Shown here in pieces: positions 59,612 to 64,000 of a stretch of DNA of 64,000 nucleotides. A program made the position numbers and the translations under genes. Under the pieces are notes generated by a model. The model ran no database searches and was not told the origin of the DNA. It was given only the letters and a program-made list of their open reading frames with translations. The stretch comes from a candidate division FCPU426 bacterium (GTDB lineage Bacteria > Oederibacteriota > Muellerivitia > Muellerivitales > Muellerivitaceae): NCBI GenBank assembly GCA_963830915.1, contig CAWHOE010000042.1:1-64000 (forward strand), written 5' to 3'. Each line of letters starts with the position of its first letter. The stretch's first letter is position 1.

Positions 59612-60017
59612 CTTTCACCTCTCCTTTGTTCTTATTCCAGCCCGGCTTTGAAAATCTCAAGATCAAGAACCCCAAAAGCCCGCCGCCGATCAGGACGAAC
59701 CCCCGGGGTATGTGGCCGTAATCCACCGCGATGAAGAAAAGGCCGAGGATCAGGAACATCATGCTCATGAAAATGGAAAGAACGTGGAAGGACGTCCAGA
59801 GGAGCCAATTTTGGAATGACTTCTTGTAGCCTTCCAGGTTTTTCTCCGCCTGGTCCTCAATGGCCAGAAGGGTCCTTAAGGATCGATGGGCCGCCTTCCA
59901 AAGACCGCCGATGATCGAATCGTCCTCGGGTTTTGGGGGCAAGGGGTTGCCGGACTTTTGGACTAGGGTTGGATGGGGGATAAGGGTCTCCTGAATGAGC
60001 GGTCGAACGAATGTCAT
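59571..60017 (-). CDS. Hypothetical two-TM membrane protein (YqjE-like position)
   Basis: GGAGG RBS, two TM helices, coupled to the DUF883-like gene. Confidence 0.6.
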   Translation of the reverse strand: MTFVRPLIQETLIPHPTLVQKSGNPLPPKPEDDSIIGGLWKAAHRSLRTLLAIEDQAEKNLEGYKKSFQNWLLWTSFHVLSIFMSMMFLILGLFFIAVDYGHIPRGFVLIGGGLLGFLILRFSKPGWNKNKGEVKDGKGRKAGKNNGE

Positions 60018-60036
60018 GAATCTCCTCCTGAATAAA

Positions 60037-60241
60037 GCAAGAACCAAGCCACGGTGCCAGGTCTATTCAGCCCACTGTCCCTTCCTTTTTTTGCCCTGGT
60101 TCCCCAAAGGAACTCAAATGGGGAATGGGCCTATCGTTTTGATCGGGAAGGGTCGGGGGAAGGTTGGGCGGGAAGGAAAGACCGGCGGAATAGAGAGGAT
60201 TACGGTCATTCGCGCCGGATCGAGGACGGCATATTCCTTGC
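60037..60241. promoter_or_regulatory. Divergent sigma-54 promoter pair
   Basis: (-) TGGCTTGGTTCTTGC; (+) GGCATATTCCTTGC 60228-60241; CTATCGTTTTGATCG at 60131. Confidence 0.78.
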
Positions 60242-60313
60242 ACTAAAGGGAAGGGTGATCCGGACCCAAGTGGAACGGAACGCGCATCAACCATTTCAAA
60301 GGGAGCGTACAGC

Positions 60314-60592
60314 ATGAACGATTGGATAGGTTTTCACGGGATGTTCTGGTTTTTCGTCGTGGGCGGTTTGGCCGGTTGGTTGGGAAGCGTGTTGGTAACC
60401 GGCGGGGGCATGGGCGTCTTGGCGGATATCGCGGTCGGCATCGCGGGGGCCATCGTGGGCGGATTCATCGCCAATACCCTCAACTGGTACGTCTATGGTT
60501 TTTGGAGCGTCCTGGGGGTCTCGTTGTTGGGCTCGGTCATTTTGCTTGTTCTTTTCCGGGGCTTTAACGGCAGGCGGGGACTGCGCTCTTAA
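60314..60592 (+). CDS. GlsB/YeaQ/YmgE stress-response membrane protein
   Basis: GGLAGWLG..GGMGVLADIAVGIAGAIVGG. Confidence 0.92.
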   Translation: MNDWIGFHGMFWFFVVGGLAGWLGSVLVTGGGMGVLADIAVGIAGAIVGGFIANTLNWYVYGFWSVLGVSLLGSVILLVLFRGFNGRRGLRS

Positions 60593-60841
60593 TCCCGCTT
60601 CGAGATTATCAAGATCGATCTCATTTAAAGCCGCCAGGGCTTTCCGCATGGCGGCTTTTCTTTTGTGCCGATGAACCTGACTTCGATAAATGAAATAGGG
60701 ACATTCCCTTATTTTTTTTATTAAAAAGAGATTCATGGGAATGTGTGAAAGTTTAAAAAAAGTAATTAGATTTTGCTTTTCTTGGTGCCCTTGGTGCCCT
60801 TGGTGGTTCAATTGCCGTTTTTTGAAAGAAAGAAGGACGCC

Positions 60842-61483
60842 GTGAAAAGAAAAATATTGGTCCTGGCGGCCGCGCTGGCCGTGGGTGGGTTGGTCTGGAG
60901 CGCCGTCGCTTTGAACCGTGATTCCAATGGCCAACCGGGCCAGATCCCCCCCGACTTCCTGCGTGGCTCCCAGGTCTGGGTCGAGGGCAACTCGTCCCTC
61001 CACCGCTATTATTTGAATGTGGAAGGCATCTCCGCCCAGACCGACCTGGAGTCGTCCGGCTCCCTGGCGAAGGCCTTGCTGTCCATGGTCCTGGGCCACA
61101 AGGGGCATAAGCTGGTCGTCACCCTGCCGGTGAGGGAACTGAAGTCGGGCAATCGGGGGATGGACCAGATCGCCCATGAGAAGCTCCGGGAAGGGAGATT
61201 CCCCAATGTCGTATTCACCCTGGGCGATTATGTGATCAAGGCTTTCCCCGGAAGCCTCACGACCTACGCCCTCCTCGTGTCGGGGAAACTCAGCATCGCG
61301 GGAGTGGAAAAGGACGTGGTCCTGGAGCCCACCATGGTCCTGGGAAGGGACGGTATCAGGATCTATGGAAGCCAGGACGTCTTCCAAAAAGATTACGGTA
61401 TTTCCCCCTACAGCGTTGCGGTGGTCATGACCACGGACAACAAGATCGTGGTCCATTACATGATCGTGCTGGGGTTAAGATAG
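60842..61483 (+). CDS. YceI-family protein
   Basis: VEGNSSLH, LKSGNRGMD, FPNVVF, GKLSIAGVEK, DYGISP. Confidence 0.85.
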   Translation: MKRKILVLAAALAVGGLVWSAVALNRDSNGQPGQIPPDFLRGSQVWVEGNSSLHRYYLNVEGISAQTDLESSGSLAKALLSMVLGHKGHKLVVTLPVRELKSGNRGMDQIAHEKLREGRFPNVVFTLGDYVIKAFPGSLTTYALLVSGKLSIAGVEKDVVLEPTMVLGRDGIRIYGSQDVFQKDYGISPYSVAVVMTTDNKIVVHYMIVLGLR

Positions 61484-61487
61484 GGTC

Positions 61488-62693
61488 ATGGCCAAACCAA
61501 GGAAAAAACCCTCAACCTCAAGTTCGCGCCAAGCCTGGACAGGGGAGAAGCTTTATTTCGAGGGAGATGACTATTTCAATGATGTCCTGAGAGCCATCCG
61601 GGGGGCCAAGCGCCGGGTGGACTTTGAGGTCTATATCTTTGAAAAAGGGGAGCTGGGGGACAGGGTCACCGCCGCCCTGCTTCAAGCGGCCCAAAGGGGG
61701 GTCAAGGTCCGCCTGCTGGTGGATGGCATCGGTTCCCCCCAATGCGCCGACGAATACGGCCCCAGGCTGTCCCAAGGCGGGGTATCCTTCCGGGTCTATC
61801 GCTTTTTCCCCTCGTTATTCAGGATATTCCCCCGGTTCATCACATCCTGGTTCAACCGCAAGACCTCCCATCGGTTCCGGAGTTTCCGGTACCGCATGAA
61901 CCGGCGGGACCACCGAAAATTGATCATGGTGGACGGGGAAAAAGTTTGGCTGGGAGGGTTCAATGTTTCCGACCAGCTTCTGGGGTCGATCGTGGGGAAA
62001 AAGGCTTGGCGGGACACGGGGCTGCGCCTTTCGGGCGTTCGGGAACCGGCGTTCAGGTTGGCCTTCGAGACGGCCTGGTATGACAAATTCCACCGTAGAT
62101 CATGGAAGTTCTACCGGCATAAGCTGATCGACCGGCTGTCCCGAAGGACTTCCTCCGACCCCGTTCAGATCAACGCCACCCGCAGGCTTCGCGGCAAGTT
62201 CCATAAGCAATTGCTGGCGCGTCTGGGTTCGGCACGCCGGCGGATCTGGGTCACCACACCCTATTTCGTCCCGGCCTTGCCGGTCCTGCGGGCCTTGCTG
62301 GGCGCGGCCCAGAGGGGCTGCGAGGTGCGCCTGCTTCTCCCTGAAAAATCCGACGTTCCTTTCGTTCGGTGGGCTTCCATGACCTTTTTTCACGGCCTTC
62401 TAAGCGCGGGGTGCCGGATCTTCGAGTACCGCCGAAGCGTCCTGCACGCCAAAACCCTTTTGGTGGATGATTGGGCCCTGGTGGGCTCGAGCAATTTCAA
62501 CCACCGTAGTTTCCTGTTCGACCTGGAGGTGGACGTGGTCTTGCGGAGCGCCGCCGCCGTGAGGGCGCTGGAGCGCCGGACGGTCCATGACTTCGAGCGG
62601 AGCGGGGAGATCAGGCTCCCGGGTTTCGAATCGCGTCCCTTTTGGGAAAGGTGCTTGACCCGGATATTTTTCCGGCTTCACCATTGGTTGTAG
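61488..62693 (+). CDS. Cardiolipin synthase (ClsB-like phospholipase D)
   Basis: Two HKD motifs (HRKLIMVD, HAKTLLVD), TPYF, GSSNF; no N-terminal TM helices. Confidence 0.9.
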   Translation: MAKPRKKPSTSSSRQAWTGEKLYFEGDDYFNDVLRAIRGAKRRVDFEVYIFEKGELGDRVTAALLQAAQRGVKVRLLVDGIGSPQCADEYGPRLSQGGVSFRVYRFFPSLFRIFPRFITSWFNRKTSHRFRSFRYRMNRRDHRKLIMVDGEKVWLGGFNVSDQLLGSIVGKKAWRDTGLRLSGVREPAFRLAFETAWYDKFHRRSWKFYRHKLIDRLSRRTSSDPVQINATRRLRGKFHKQLLARLGSARRRIWVTTPYFVPALPVLRALLGAAQRGCEVRLLLPEKSDVPFVRWASMTFFHGLLSAGCRIFEYRRSVLHAKTLLVDDWALVGSSNFNHRSFLFDLEVDVVLRSAAAVRALERRTVHDFERSGEIRLPGFESRPFWERCLTRIFFRLHHWL

Positions 62694-62890
62694 CTTTTTT
62701 GTCCGACGGCCGATGAGGGCCTCGCGACTTCGATCAAATTGATTTCATAAGATCCATTCGCCATCATTTTGATAGAGGAATGACTCCCCGAAAATAATTA
62801 TTTTCCGAACCGCCTTCCTTCCGCTTGTTTAATCCCTTCCGACGACCGATAGTGACCCTGTCGAAAAAATCAAAAAAAGGAAAATCAAAA

Positions 62891-63289
62891 ATGAAGAATT
62901 TTTTGGCGGTCGTGATGAGCTTGTTTTTCTTGACGGCGGTCGGGGTTTCCCGGGCGGAGGAGTCGGCGCTGCAGAACGACAAGGACAAGGCGGAGAAGAA
63001 GGTGGATGTGGACCAAAAGAACCTCGATAGATCCAATGACGAAATGAAAGCGGATAAAAGCGAGATCAAGAGCCACAACGAGAACATCAGCAGCGAGAAG
63101 AAGGAGATCAATAAGGACTCCAAGTCCTTGAAGAAACACCGCGCCAAGAGGGCCAAGAAGATCTCGGCCTTGAAGGATGAGCGCAAGGAAAACATGAAGA
63201 TGACCAAGGACCTGGACGCCAGCAAACAGAACTTGGAAAAGACCGATGAGAAGATCGAGGATAAGAAACAGGACGGGGCCGCTAAGTAA
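62891..63289 (+). CDS. Exported Lys/Asp/Glu-rich hydrophilic protein
   Basis: Signal peptide followed by highly charged repeats. Confidence 0.75.
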   Translation: MKNFLAVVMSLFFLTAVGVSRAEESALQNDKDKAEKKVDVDQKNLDRSNDEMKADKSEIKSHNENISSEKKEINKDSKSLKKHRAKRAKKISALKDERKENMKMTKDLDASKQNLEKTDEKIEDKKQDGAAK

Positions 63290-63317
63290 TCAAAACTTCC
63301 TAACTTCAAGTCTCTCA

Positions 63318-63348
63318 AGGGCGGGCCTCAAAGCACCCGCCCTTTTTT
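63318..63348 (+). terminator. Intrinsic terminator
   Basis: AGGGCGGG...CCCGCCCT followed by a T-run. Confidence 0.75.
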
Positions 63349-63390
63349 ATTGCCGTGTTCGTGGCAAGCGCTTATTGGGGACGGGACGAT

Positions 63391-63530
63391 GGATCATTTT
63401 GATAGTCCTTAGGATCATTTCGCCATGAAAGAGGCCGTCTTCCTCCGGGACCGATCCCGGAACAGGGATTTCCCAGGCCCGCGGAGGTCCTTGGCCGGTC
63501 GGATCGGGTCCGGCGGGGCACGATAGTTGC
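63391..63530 (+). promoter_or_regulatory. Sigma-54 promoter with upstream enhancer-like site
   Basis: GGCACGATAGTTGC 63517-63530; GGATCATTTTGATAG at 63391. Confidence 0.75.
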
Positions 63531-63595
63531 TCTTAACTGAACAGGGTTAAACGGCCATTCGGTCATTAGCCGATCAAAACTTTATCGGAGAAAAC

Positions 63596-64000
63596 ATGAG
63601 AACGAGATTTTTGGGCTTCCTGAAATTCGCTGGTGTTTGCGCGTTCCTATTCGTCGTCTCTTTCCTGGCGGGCACGAGGATCCTTTGCGCCGACCCCACC
63701 TTGCTTCACCTGGATTTCCAGGATGGCCAGGGAGGGAAGGTCCATGTGTCCCACGCCAAGCTGGTCCTGGTGGTGGACAATTACGTCGATAAGAAATACC
63801 TGCCGATCGGGGCGGACGGGGGCGTGGATATTCCCCTGGACGCTTCCTGGCTGAGGGCCAATTGGCCGGGCGGAAAGAACAGGATCAAGAACCTGGAACG
63901 GGTCTATATCTTCCTGAAAGCACCGGGCTACGCCGCCGTCTGCTCGGACCCGATCCATTGGATGGGAACGGAGTCGGACGGTACGGAGAAGAACGTGGTG
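63596..64000 (+). CDS. Hypothetical exported protein (partial, runs off the window)
   Basis: GGAG RBS, MRTRFLGFLKFAGVCAFLFVVSFLAG..., open to the end. Confidence 0.65.
   Translation, partial: MRTRFLGFLKFAGVCAFLFVVSFLAGTRILCADPTLLHLDFQDGQGGKVHVSHAKLVLVVDNYVDKKYLPIGADGGVDIPLDASWLRANWPGGKNRIKNLERVYIFLKAPGYAAVCSDPIHWMGTESDGTEKNVV

Noticed and set aside
62731..62890. Sigma-54 promoter for the 62891 gene
   Set aside because: Two enhancer-like palindromes are present but I found no GG-N10-GC; the same holds for the sites at 31949.

Overview
Accessory region of a diderm bacterium in three blocks. (1) 1-20.7 kb is the distal part of a tRNA-Leu(CAA)-targeting integrative element. It holds an IS66 inserted in an IS1380 inserted in a CHAP gene, surface/lipoprotein genes, a minimal VirB2/6/3/4/8-like conjugation module (several frameshifts), a TPR-GGDEF gene, two SpoVG paralogs, a xis-like HTH gene and a tyrosine integrase. 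(2) 20.7-29.8 kb is a second ~9 kb island in tandem with a near-identical integrase, a type II TA pair and a fluoride-riboswitch operon (antiporter, USP, crcB, DUF190, dynamin-like GTPase, enolase, DUF6062). Hairpin repeats and an AbiEi/AbiEii pair follow. (3) ~32-64 kb is a cluster of general-stress-type genes with 13 sigma-54 (-24/-12) promoter matches, mostly divergent pairs sharing a 15-bp palindrome (CKATCA-W3-TGATMG), next to a XylR/V4R-type enhancer-binding protein. A ~79-bp double-hairpin miniature insertion element with 2-bp CA/TG duplications occurs in blocks 1 and 3. All family calls are by motif recognition; no searches were run.
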